A DNA stretch of 64,000 bases from Bdellovibrionota bacterium. GTDB lineage: Bacteria; Bdellovibrionota_C; UBA2361; CALJRW01. The stretch lies in contig JBGSMD010000061.1 of assembly GCA_041740355.1 (NCBI GenBank), positions 1 to 64,000 on the forward strand, in the 5' to 3' direction. The notes beneath the pieces are model-generated. The model saw only the letters and a list, made by a program, of their open reading frames with translations. It was not told where the DNA came from and made no database searches. Shown one piece after another: positions 30,701 to 39,700 of this stretch (within the stretch, counting starts at the first letter, position 1; each line of letters begins with the position of its first letter). The position numbers and the translations under genes were made by a program.

Positions 30701-33270
30701 CAATTATTCAGATCTAAAACTGTTGAGTTTCTTACTCCATCTTGATCTGGATCAGGATAAGCCCTACGCCACTTAGAGTTATCATTTGGTAAACAATCTA
30801 ATGTGTTTGCAGTAATATCACCATCAATGTCAGAATCACAAGTATCTCCAATTCCATCATTATCAAGATCCGCTTGGTTCGCATTAGAAATTGTTGGGCA
30901 ATTATCGGGTCCATTTGTCACAAAAGTAAATCCTGTGCCTGCAGTTGTTCCAAAGCAATTATTAAGATCTAAAGTCGCAGTGTCTCTAACTCCATCTCGA
31001 TCTGTATCTGCATAAGCTCTACGCCATTTGGAGTTATCAGTAGGTGCACAATCAGAAGAATCTGGAATTCCATCAGAATCAGAATCAGTGTTAACAATTG
31101 TAGATCCAGTACTAATAGTCATCCTGAATTCACTGACTAAACCATTGCCAACGACATCCCTAATGCCACCAGCAGGTAAAATAACTTCATATGTAGTATT
31201 AGCTAAAAGATTATTAGTAGGTGAAAAATTAATAATTCCCATTTGGGTAGAGTATGTACCTGCAATTGCAGAACCACCAACTGGTCGGACGATAAAGTTT
31301 GTTGAATTTAAACTATTAACATCAATTTGATCACTCATGGAAAAACCTATCCGTGAAGTCAGTGCTATATTTGTGCTATTTCTATTAGGATTTACAAATT
31401 CCACTTTTGGACCAAGTGTATCAGGTGCTTCTGTAATGGCAATAAATCGTGCATCTGCTCCATCTCCACCAAGAAAAGCCATGTTACCAAGGGGGTATAT
31501 AAAATCAGCAGGTCGCTGAAGATCAAAATCTTTTCTAACGGCTAATGTCTCAGCATCGAAGCTCATGTAGGTATTATTACCTGGCGTAATTAGTCCTCGG
31601 CCATCTTTAAATACTAAGTATCGAGGATTACCCCATCCGACTCGAATTGAGCCAACGTATGTCATTTGAGGCTTGATATTCCAGTTTTGATCGGCAAATT
31701 CATAAACATTAATTACTTTAGAATTTACATTATCACTAGAGTCATTTCTTTGATCTCTTTGATCCGTATTATAAAGTCTGCGTCCATAAACCATTGAGGT
31801 ATACGGTTGTTCCAACACACCCTTTGGGCCATCGCTGTAAACAGTATCCCCAATTTTATTAAAAACTGCTGGATTACTAATGTCATATAAGGCTGACCCT
31901 TTAGTCTCACTACCAGTGACTAGTAGAATATTACCGATGCCATGAACACTGCCTGGTGTAAAATCAACATTAGTATTACCGGGATTTGTGAAAGTTACAT
32001 TTCTACTCCCTGGGGCAGTAGAGCTCATCTTCCAAGAATCAAGACTTGTTCCTGCTGCATAACCACTACTACCACTAAACACAAAAGGTGCTTGAACAAA
32101 TTTCCAAATACTATACGGACGAGAAGTTCCTATAATATTATTATTATTTCCGACGTTCGTGCCTGTCTTAAACTCTTGTAAATAAATACTTCCACCATTT
32201 GTAGATACGGTAAAAGAATCTCCCCACAAACCTAAACTATGAGGCTTCTCATTATTTCCACCCCTGATTTCCTTTAGTCTAACTGGGGCAATTGGATTGT
32301 TAATATTATACCAGAGATGATGAGTTTGATTTTCGTTGAGTTTGGTGCCAATTCCTATATAGAATGTGCCATGCTGAAACTCGGCCATGGAGGGACTCTG
32401 TCCAACATCTTGGAATTGATATACCGTTTTCCCAATTTGGCTTGCTGTAAAAGTCGATTGAGTAATTCCAACTGAATTTAAAGGTGTTGCTGACGGGGAT
32501 GGCGTCGGATTGCCAGTTGGATTAGGTGTCGGATTTAGAGTTGGGATTGGAGTTGGCCCTGAAGTCGTTGGCTTAATAGCAAATAAAGAATTAATCTCTC
32601 CATTATTTAATCTTCTACTGTAGAAAAAAAGCTCGTCAATCTTTCCCTTTAATCCATATCCATTACCAGCCATTGCACCAGAGTAAGTAGTAGCATTGCT
32701 TGAAAAAGTTGGATTGATACTGGAACTAACATTATTAGCTACTCCATTTAAATAAATAGTTGCAGAGCCAGAAGCTCTGCTTGCAGGTCGATCAACAACA
32801 AGAACAATATGATTCCATGAATCTGTCGCTAGCACGCTATTGGCGGTATAGGCATATTGCCCATAAACGCCATTTGCAGATTCTAACATAACCATAAATC
32901 GATTATTGTTAAATTCTCTTATTGTGAAGCGCAAGCCATCAACATTTCCACCACCGCCACTATTAGCTACTATTGTTTGCACGCTAGAATTTGGCGCATT
33001 ACCATTCACCCAAACCCAAGCTGAAATAGTAAAACTATCGCCTAAATTAATATTTCCATGCGAAACTGAATTTGTCCCAGTAAAAACTACTTCAGTACCA
33101 TCATATTTTATTAAGGATGCATCTGAGTATGGAAAACTTTGCGCATAGGATACGTTTGTTTGGAAAAATAATAATAAATGAAAGCTAAGTATTAATCGAA
33201 TAAGTGCCCGGCCTGAAGATGTAACTTGGAGAGTAAATTTCTGCCTAAAATTTATATCCATGATAATCAA
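27775..33270 (-). CDS. Giant exported protein: LamG, propeller-like region, Ig-like, TSP3-type repeats, PKD, YncE-type propeller, C-terminal di-heme cytochrome c peroxidase/MauG-like domain
   Basis: Signal peptide; G.IDE..FYSR.L LamG end; DNCP...NANQ.D.D.DGIGD.CD repeats; FGDG PKD; VNPDNNTV; CASCH and CESCH heme motifs; PYLHDGSA.TL. Confidence 0.88.
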   Translation of the reverse strand: MIIMDINFRQKFTLQVTSSGRALIRLILSFHLLLFFQTNVSYAQSFPYSDASLIKYDGTEVVFTGTNSVSHGNINLGDSFTISAWVWVNGNAPNSSVQTIVANSGGGGNVDGLRFTIREFNNNRFMVMLESANGVYGQYAYTANSVLATDSWNHIVLVVDRPASRASGSATIYLNGVANNVSSSINPTFSSNATTYSGAMAGNGYGLKGKIDELFFYSRRLNNGEINSLFAIKPTTSGPTPIPTLNPTPNPTGNPTPSPSATPLNSVGITQSTFTASQIGKTVYQFQDVGQSPSMAEFQHGTFYIGIGTKLNENQTHHLWYNINNPIAPVRLKEIRGGNNEKPHSLGLWGDSFTVSTNGGSIYLQEFKTGTNVGNNNNIIGTSRPYSIWKFVQAPFVFSGSSGYAAGTSLDSWKMSSTAPGSRNVTFTNPGNTNVDFTPGSVHGIGNILLVTGSETKGSALYDISNPAVFNKIGDTVYSDGPKGVLEQPYTSMVYGRRLYNTDQRDQRNDSSDNVNSKVINVYEFADQNWNIKPQMTYVGSIRVGWGNPRYLVFKDGRGLITPGNNTYMSFDAETLAVRKDFDLQRPADFIYPLGNMAFLGGDGADARFIAITEAPDTLGPKVEFVNPNRNSTNIALTSRIGFSMSDQIDVNSLNSTNFIVRPVGGSAIAGTYSTQMGIINFSPTNNLLANTTYEVILPAGGIRDVVGNGLVSEFRMTISTGSTIVNTDSDSDGIPDSSDCAPTDNSKWRRAYADTDRDGVRDTATLDLNNCFGTTAGTGFTFVTNGPDNCPTISNANQADLDNDGIGDTCDSDIDGDITANTLDCLPNDNSKWRRAYPDPDQDGVRNSTVLDLNNCFGTNAGTGFTFATNGPDNCPAVSNQNQADSDNDGIGDLCDSDFSLTDSDLDGTPNTSDCAPIDNSKWRRAYADTDRDGVRDTATLDLNNCFGTTASTGFTFAMNGPDNCPIISNSNQNDLENDGIGDVCDSDIDGDDTANTLDCLPNDNSKWRRAYPDTDQDGIRNSSVLDPNNCFGTNAVTGFTFATNGLDNCPTVSNANQSDVDSDGIGDICDNCPNISNANQADVNNNLIGDLCENFSLPVITSFTASQSPVAIGINTTLTIITSGSSAQNPYEYSFGFGDGTSSEFSSSNTLTKSFATPGRYSLSARVRNSKGTISKALTLVVYERTSISPTNSSTIIFDSTRNKVWNVNPDNNTVTRIDGVTSNKDFEIAVGKTPQSLALSSDSSEIWVACEESDNIYVLNAANGAEKQQIAIARGSRPMGLVFAPNGSAVYVASTGTGKLLKFNTSKALVGEVELGLDIRSIAVSSNSSRIFVTRFISPYIDGLTDVGEVFEVNANTFQKTRKIDLVFDNGFDTTASGRGVPNYLIGITISPDGKHAIVPAKKDNTARGKFRDGLPLGTENTVRSITSRLDLITNQENLDYRSDLNDQGMASAITFSPYGDIYFGTFVLNDEVLVFRTSEGIPFTSIKVGSGPLGLVFSTSGEKLYVHNFLSRSVTTIDSSGLINGTSFELTKVKDTATVVNESLAQNVLRGKKVFYNADDTRMNDVGYMSCASCHFDGGHDGRVWDFTDRGEGLRKTASLKGLSGTAHGVLHASGNFDEIQDFEHDIRGKVVDEIRIGLGGTGFLSDSAQQFASRTPLGSKKEGLSQELDDLASYVASLTTVPASPKRTSSGMLTPSAIRGSSHFRDLGCESCHKTPVFTDSMIIAPLIRHDVGTIKPNSGKRLGGVLDGFDTPRLTGLWGTSPYLHDGSAKTLNEVFNVTNAPANTPHAEVRKLSTPAQQELIDFLVQIDDKNLRRPQTPTATRIR
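29990..31090 (-). repeat. Four intragenic acidic TSP3-like repeats in A-B-A-B order
   Basis: Near-identical DNA at 30416 and 30941 (525-bp period); unit DC.P.DNSKWRRAY.D.D.DG.R....LD.NNCFGT.A.TGFTF..NG.DNCP. Confidence 0.85.
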
Positions 33271-33411
33271 AACGTAAAACCAATAATCTCAGCTAGTTGA
33301 TGTGCAATATTTTTCCATAATAACTTAACATTAAGATGCAATTTAAGAATTTTAGCTTCTAAATTATGACTCTCTAAATTAATGTCTTTTGTTAACATTT
33401 GTAGTGATTTT

Positions 33412-35916
33412 CTAATTTGAAGCCGTAAAAACCACTTCAGGTGACTTTGAACTTTCTAAGCCATCAGAATTATACGCCGCAACAGCTACATAATATGTAC
33501 TTCCTACATTTAAATTGCTTAAAACTAAACTGGTATTTAACCCAACATCTTGCCCTACCCCATATACTTTTGGAGCAGTCCCCATATAGACTCGATAACC
33601 TGCTAGATTTGAAATATTCGATCCATCAACATTTTTGCTAACCTGCGACCAATCAAATGTCTTACTAACTTTATTTCCTTGACTAGAATTAATGACAACC
33701 TGCACATCATCAAATGCAACCCCACCAGAAACTAGAGTAACGCTAAACCTAAAAACATAAGTTCCAGCTACTAACCCTGAGACAGCTAACCTATTTGTAT
33801 TTTGACCAGATAGATTTGCTACTCCACCACTTAATTTCGTCCAACTTTGAGTTACGACATTATTAGCAAAAACAGTTCCAACTAAATTAACAGAATTATT
33901 TGGAAGCATAATAGTTTGATCATTACCAGCACTAACTAAAGTACTTGCCAAGAGACAAGAATTACCATCTAAGAGATAACCATTATTACAAATTGATACG
34001 TTACAAGTACCCCAACTACTCCACTGATCATTCTTACAACTCCTAATTTGTAGGCCGACTCCATTTATAATATTACAAGATTGACTCTGCGGGCCTTGGC
34101 AGGAAATTGATGTTGGAATCCCTTTAGCATAAATTTCAGCCACAGAGATATAACTTGCTCCACTATAATCCTGATTTGCCTGAAGGCGAATATACCTTCC
34201 AAGCTGAGGGGTATTAAAAGCAACTGTTTGTTCAGCACTAGAATTTACAAAACTACCACTAGCAACTGCGCTACCCCAGTTTATTCCATCTGAACTTACA
34301 AAAATCTCATAGGCCGCTAAACGACCATTCGGGGAACTTTGTCTGGGAAGATATCTAAATTCTGTAAGATAGAATGTACCATTCAGATTAATATCAATAT
34401 AATATGGTGCTGTCTGATATTGCCCATTTAACCAACTAGTATGCCAAAAAGTATTAGTTGTACTATCAATTGCATTGGTAGCACGATTATTGTCCCCAAG
34501 TATTTCTTGACTACTAAAGCCATGGATCGACCAAGTACTACGATTTAATTCTACGGAATCATTTGTATTTATCCTCACTGCTGAACAGTTATCAGCGTTA
34601 CCACCATTTAACCCCTGACAATTCCAAATATATAAATCGTTTGTACTATTGATACTTGATGGAATACCACTTAAACATAAATTAGAAGTTGGTAGAGTTG
34701 TATAACTTAGTTGAGTAGCATTACCACAAAATCCATTAATCAAACTTGGCGGGCTTGGAGTAACAGTTGGAGATGGATTTGGTGTGATAATAGGAGTAGG
34801 TGATGGGCTAATTGTTGGAAGTGGTGTTGGTGGTGGTAACTGCACATCTCCTAAGTTAAGTAAACTTACTATGTTGGAGAAGGGTGACTCAACCTTAACC
34901 CCCTGACCTTCTTGATTATTTATTAGTAAGTAATCCGTAACCTTAAATACCAATGAATTGAAGTCATTTAAACCATCAATTATTTTTTGATTTTCTAAAG
35001 TAAAATCAAAAAATTGAAATGTCACTCCACTGTCTACACTCATATACACTACAGAGCTACTAGTGGCACTTTCCCACATTAACTTTACGGAATTTTGATT
35101 TAACTTTGATGCTACTAAGTTTTTTGGAGCATCCAACTTAAGCTCCTCTTCAATACTAAAATTATTTCTTAAATCACTACAGATTGACTCATAAACCGTA
35201 CTTAGTAGCTGTCCATACTGCGCGTATACTAGATCGGAAGCAAGACTAATCTCATATTTTCGTATCTTCTTATTAACTGCAACTAATTCATTTTTTAATG
35301 ACTCATTTTTAAAACTATTTCGCTTGCTTTTTAAATTTCTTAATTTTTGCTTACTTGATTTAATTTTTTTACTCTTTATGATCTCTGATATATGGTTATT
35401 AATTGCTTCTGAAAGTAAATAAAAATCTTCGCCTCTATTGTCAGCATCAATAAAAGAGCTATTTTCTCTACATGCCAACGATTGTTTTCCAAGCAGGAGT
35501 TTATAATCAACTTTCTCCACGCTAGAATTATCATCTAAGACAATAGTCAACGGAACTAAGCAAGCTGGGCTAGACTTAATTTCATGATCAGCAGTAAAAA
35601 TTTGTTTTATCAGGAACTCGTAATCATTTTCTGCCGTATATGATTTGAGTCCAATTTGAAGCTGCTTCAGGCCTTTTTTAATTTTATTATATGAACGCTT
35701 ACTTTGATATGCGGTGTTAAGGGTATCTTCAGAACATAAGTTTAAATCAAGAATCTCGCCAATTTTTTGTGTTGGAATATTAACAATCTTCAAATTACTA
35801 TTTTTCTTATCTAAGACCTGACTAAGGTTACTAGGCATTCCTATAGAAAGAATCATTATGCAAAATATTAAGATTGCGACAATATGTCTGAATTGATTAT
35901 TGAAAATCCGATTCAT
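33412..35916 (-). CDS. Exported modular protein: novel N-domain, FN3, Pro-Thr linker, NGxCG Cys repeat, F5/8 type C domain, Cys-rich module, PKD-like, FN3
   Basis: N-terminal hydrophobic helix; AIDS...TFWHT...YLPRQ...GRYIRL discoidin; AGNDQTI.LP; GYRVY.G...YYVAVAAYN..G.ES. Confidence 0.85.
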   Translation of the reverse strand: MNRIFNNQFRHIVAILIFCIMILSIGMPSNLSQVLDKKNSNLKIVNIPTQKIGEILDLNLCSEDTLNTAYQSKRSYNKIKKGLKQLQIGLKSYTAENDYEFLIKQIFTADHEIKSSPACLVPLTIVLDDNSSVEKVDYKLLLGKQSLACRENSSFIDADNRGEDFYLLSEAINNHISEIIKSKKIKSSKQKLRNLKSKRNSFKNESLKNELVAVNKKIRKYEISLASDLVYAQYGQLLSTVYESICSDLRNNFSIEEELKLDAPKNLVASKLNQNSVKLMWESATSSSVVYMSVDSGVTFQFFDFTLENQKIIDGLNDFNSLVFKVTDYLLINNQEGQGVKVESPFSNIVSLLNLGDVQLPPPTPLPTISPSPTPIITPNPSPTVTPSPPSLINGFCGNATQLSYTTLPTSNLCLSGIPSSINSTNDLYIWNCQGLNGGNADNCSAVRINTNDSVELNRSTWSIHGFSSQEILGDNNRATNAIDSTTNTFWHTSWLNGQYQTAPYYIDINLNGTFYLTEFRYLPRQSSPNGRLAAYEIFVSSDGINWGSAVASGSFVNSSAEQTVAFNTPQLGRYIRLQANQDYSGASYISVAEIYAKGIPTSISCQGPQSQSCNIINGVGLQIRSCKNDQWSSWGTCNVSICNNGYLLDGNSCLLASTLVSAGNDQTIMLPNNSVNLVGTVFANNVVTQSWTKLSGGVANLSGQNTNRLAVSGLVAGTYVFRFSVTLVSGGVAFDDVQVVINSSQGNKVSKTFDWSQVSKNVDGSNISNLAGYRVYMGTAPKVYGVGQDVGLNTSLVLSNLNVGSTYYVAVAAYNSDGLESSKSPEVVFTASN

Positions 35917-36022
35917 GCTTTTTTTGTATTTAATCTCAAAATTTGGTGTAAGATTTCTAGCTTAATAATTTCATTATTCTCCATTTTATTTTACTTTCTA
36001 AGACTTGAGGTTCTATCGAGAA

Positions 36023-36050
36023 CTATCGACTATATAAGCATTAAACTTAA
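36023..36050 (-). promoter_or_regulatory. Sigma28/FliA-like promoter
   Basis: TTAAGTTT-N12-GTCGATAG about 107 bp upstream of the 35916 start (consensus TAAAGTTT-N11-GCCGATAA). Confidence 0.5.
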
Positions 36051-36458
36051 GACCTAATTTTTGATTACTGACTCGTAAACCTTCGGCTGTAGTAATGCAG
36101 AAAAAGTTTCTAATTCTTGTATCCTTGTAATTTATTCAGTAAAAATTTAGCTTTCTATTAAGAAATCTTATGAATATAAAGTATCCAGTAGTTTGATAAA
36201 TTTGAAAAATTAGTAGAAATTTAGAATACTTATTCCGAATTAGCTTGTAGTTTTAGAATAGTTAGTGAAGTAACGTATTGAGCTTATTTTCTAAATTATA
36301 GACCCAGGATACTTGAGAACACTAGAAATTACCGTTTTAAAAATCTAGTTGCCTAGTAAATCAAGCACAAAGTGCTTGTAGTGAACTTTAGAGGGGCTCT
36401 GTGAAATTCGCCAAAATCTTGGATAATAATCCCTATATACCTTTCTGATGAATTTGAA

Positions 36459-36621
36459 CAAATTCATCAGGACTACAATACTCAAGAGAAGAATGCATTC
36501 TCTTCGGATTGTAGAAATTCTCAATCCAGTTAGTAATACTGGATAATGTTTATATTTTCAATTTTATTTAGATTGATAAATCAGCTCAACTTTTAGAGTA
36601 GGAAAGAAAGATTCTGCAACT
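36459..36621 (-). ncRNA. Conserved structured non-coding element, copy A
   Basis: Matches 41394-41546, including a 23-nt exact block; stem-loops retained despite sequence changes. Confidence 0.45.
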
Positions 36622-36715
36622 GCTTTGTCCCAGCAATTGTCCTTTCTGCTTATACTTGGTGTGATGTTGTTTTTTAGCAAGTGAATTTTAGAAATCATAA
36701 TTTGAATAAACTGTA

Positions 36716-36754
36716 GTAGTCACGATTTGAACTGTCAAATCAAGTCGTGACTAC
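36716..36754 (-). terminator. Hairpin after the 36774-40931 gene
   Basis: GTAGTCACGA.TTGA...TCAA.TCGTGACTAC stem about 20 bp past the stop; weak U-tract. Confidence 0.6.
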
Positions 36755-36773
36755 TTCAGATTAGAATTGTAGG

Positions 36774-39700
36774 TTAATTTTTATGCTCAATCCACATATT
36801 TCCTACAAATCCGGTAAAGCCAAATTCACTATAATATCTCTCATTGTATGCAAAAATTGCAGGATGTCCCCAAGCATCTTCTTGACCCATTAAACTTGCC
36901 GCTAATACTGGGCCAGCCATAGCTGGCCAGACAACATGACGATAACCACTCTGAGGATCCCTGTCGTCCTGACGGGTATCAAACCAATGTCTTACTCCCC
37001 ATTCAGGCATGCCAATATCACTTTGCAAAAATGTTTGAGTGGGTATTTCAAAAAATCTTGCTGGAGGTTCCGTATATTTACCAACATCGTTGACTCTATA
37101 CTTACCATCGCTATTTAAGATACAAGCTGGTAATAATGCGATTTGATCTTTACGTAGGCGCCAAGGAGGATTTGGATCACACTCCAAACAATGCTCTCCA
37201 CCTTCTGGTCCACAGACGAAAAATGTTTGCGTATCTTCTTGGAAAATTGTTACATCTTTGGCAAATGCTCGAAGCACAGGATCATCTAACATTACTGCTG
37301 CCAGAAAAACTGGAAACTTACGTCCACCTTTGTGACCACCATCATGGTAGAAATTGCCCCCATTAGTGATGTAGCTCCAAATATCAATTCCACTTTGAAT
37401 TGACCGAATAGCAGCGCGCTCTTTGTCTGCTTGTGAATTATTCAGATTTAACCAGAGACCTACTTCTCCCCATTTATAGGATATTTCTCTGCCGTAAGTC
37501 GAAGCACCATCAAATCTATAAGAAGAAAGATTATTATTGGCAGCAAGAACACCATCCGCCCAGCTTCCGCCCCATTCCCACCAAGCAAGTGCAGGTAAAA
37601 TTGATTCAATATATTGCTTAGTTGGAGACCCAGGAACATGCTCTAGATTTTTCAGAACTGAATAATCAATTTGACTCTTATTCCAGCGAATAGTTCGATC
37701 TGTTCCATAAGGTCCTGGACGAAATGAACCAGCTGGAGGCGCGCTATCAAGAACTGTAAGAACACAAACTGTATCAACAAACTTAGGATATGTATTCATT
37801 GTTCTGGAAGATGCTAAGGAATCTCCAGCATTCAGGCTAATTGGAAATGACAAAGCAACATTTAAATTCAGATCATAACTAGTTTGGGGTATTGTTGGTG
37901 CATTTGCATCAAAACCATGTTTTTGATTAGGAATTGGATTGATCATTGATCCATGTAGAGTCTTTGTACATTTATCAGTTTTTCCATCGGCATCAGGAAC
38001 GCAAACTGGTGTCAGAGTAGGATTTGGATAAATATAATTTATACTAACTGGACCAACTACCCAAGCTTCTCCGTTGGCAAAATTACCACACTGCTTCTCA
38101 CCTGTAATTGTCCAGGTAATTCCATGTTGACTAATAATCGTATTGCCGCCTGACTTCGTGCAAGTTGCATCACCATATCCTGCTGGCCAAACAATAGGAT
38201 CTTTCACTGCAGCATTATTATCTAACACAGGTGACGGTTTTGGAGCTGGAGGAGTTGGTGGAGGAGGAGGATTTCCTATATTAAACAAATTTGATATCTC
38301 ATTTTGACTAAGTACATAATCATAAACTCTAAAATCATCAAGCTCACCAGTTAAATCTATACCATCAGCGGTTGGGTATCTGCCAAGAAAGTTACCTTGT
38401 GCTAGAGTGGAAGAATATGAAATATCTTCAGTAAAACTCGCCGTCGCGCTAATTACTTTATCGACATAAATTCTTTGTTGATTTTTATTACTATCTAAAA
38501 CTAGAACAATATGATGCCAACCAGTACCGCTAAAAGTTTTACTTGTCTCTAAGGTATTCCATTGATTTTCTTTGTGATATGATGCAGCTAATCTGCTGCC
38601 AGGATTATTCGTAAACTTTAAGCTTACATGATTACTAAAATTTATGATTTGCCCACCTCGATAAGATATATCATCAAGTTTTGCCCAAATAGAAAAGCTT
38701 AAAACTTGCCGATCCTTAATTATATCAGGCAAAGTCAAGCTATTTCCCTTCACTAATTTGATAGCCTTACTTCCTTCTACTCCATTTACAAAGGTTACTG
38801 CTTGATTTGTTCTAGGATCTGGATTCAGAATTCCATTACTATAATTACCTGTTTTGTCTGTAACACTAGTTCCACTTCCTTCATTAAAGTCATAATGAGC
38901 AATAAGTCCGGTAAAGGTCTGTGGTCTTGAAGTCTTAATAGCTGAACAATTAGCAGTTGATCCACCTACACCACCTATACATGACCAAGTATAAATATTA
39001 TTATTAAGAATAGGAACAGAAGAAGAATCACTTTCGATACAAAGATTAACTGTTGGAATTGATGAAACTGTTGTGCCATTTGCTGATCCACAAATCCCAT
39101 TTTCTGAACCAATTCCTGCTGTCTTATTAGCAGAACAACTAGCAGTTGACCCACCGTTACTACCAGCACAGATCCAAGCATATACACTACCATTTGCTAC
39201 TCCAGAGACAGTCCCTGCTGAACATAAATTAGTTGTCGGTGAGGCTGAAACTGTTGTGCCATTTGCTGATCCACAAATTCCATTTGCTGGTGAAACACCA
39301 TTTAAACTGCCTTTGATGTTAAGTTCTGCTATAGAAATATATTGTGCTCCAGCATGATCGGCATCCGCCTCTAATCTTAGATATCTACCAGTTACTGAAC
39401 TAAAGCTGACTTCTTGTTCATTAGCAGAACCCGCAAAATTACCTGTATTAATAGGACTTCCCCAAGTACTGCCATTTGTACTGACATAGATCCGATACTC
39501 AGCCAATCTACCATTTGGATTATCACTTCTTGGTAGATATTTAAATCCGGTTAAATTATAAGTCGCTCCTAGATTTATACTAATATTGTATGGTGCTGCC
39601 TGAAATTGACCATTAAACCACTTTGTGTGCCAGAAGGTATTGGTAGTTCCATCAATAGCATTTGTTGCTGCGTTATTTGCACCTGTTAACTCCTCACTAC

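Noticed and set aside
36445-36471. CTGATGA followed by a hairpin (also at ~41365-41406) resembling a hammerhead ribozyme core
   Set aside because: No GAAA directly after stem II and no stems I/III with a cleavage triplet in either copy
36716-36754. Imperfect palindrome after a large gene as an integron attC site
   Set aside because: No RYYYAAC/GTTRRRY boxes, no equivalent at the neighbouring genes, no integrase
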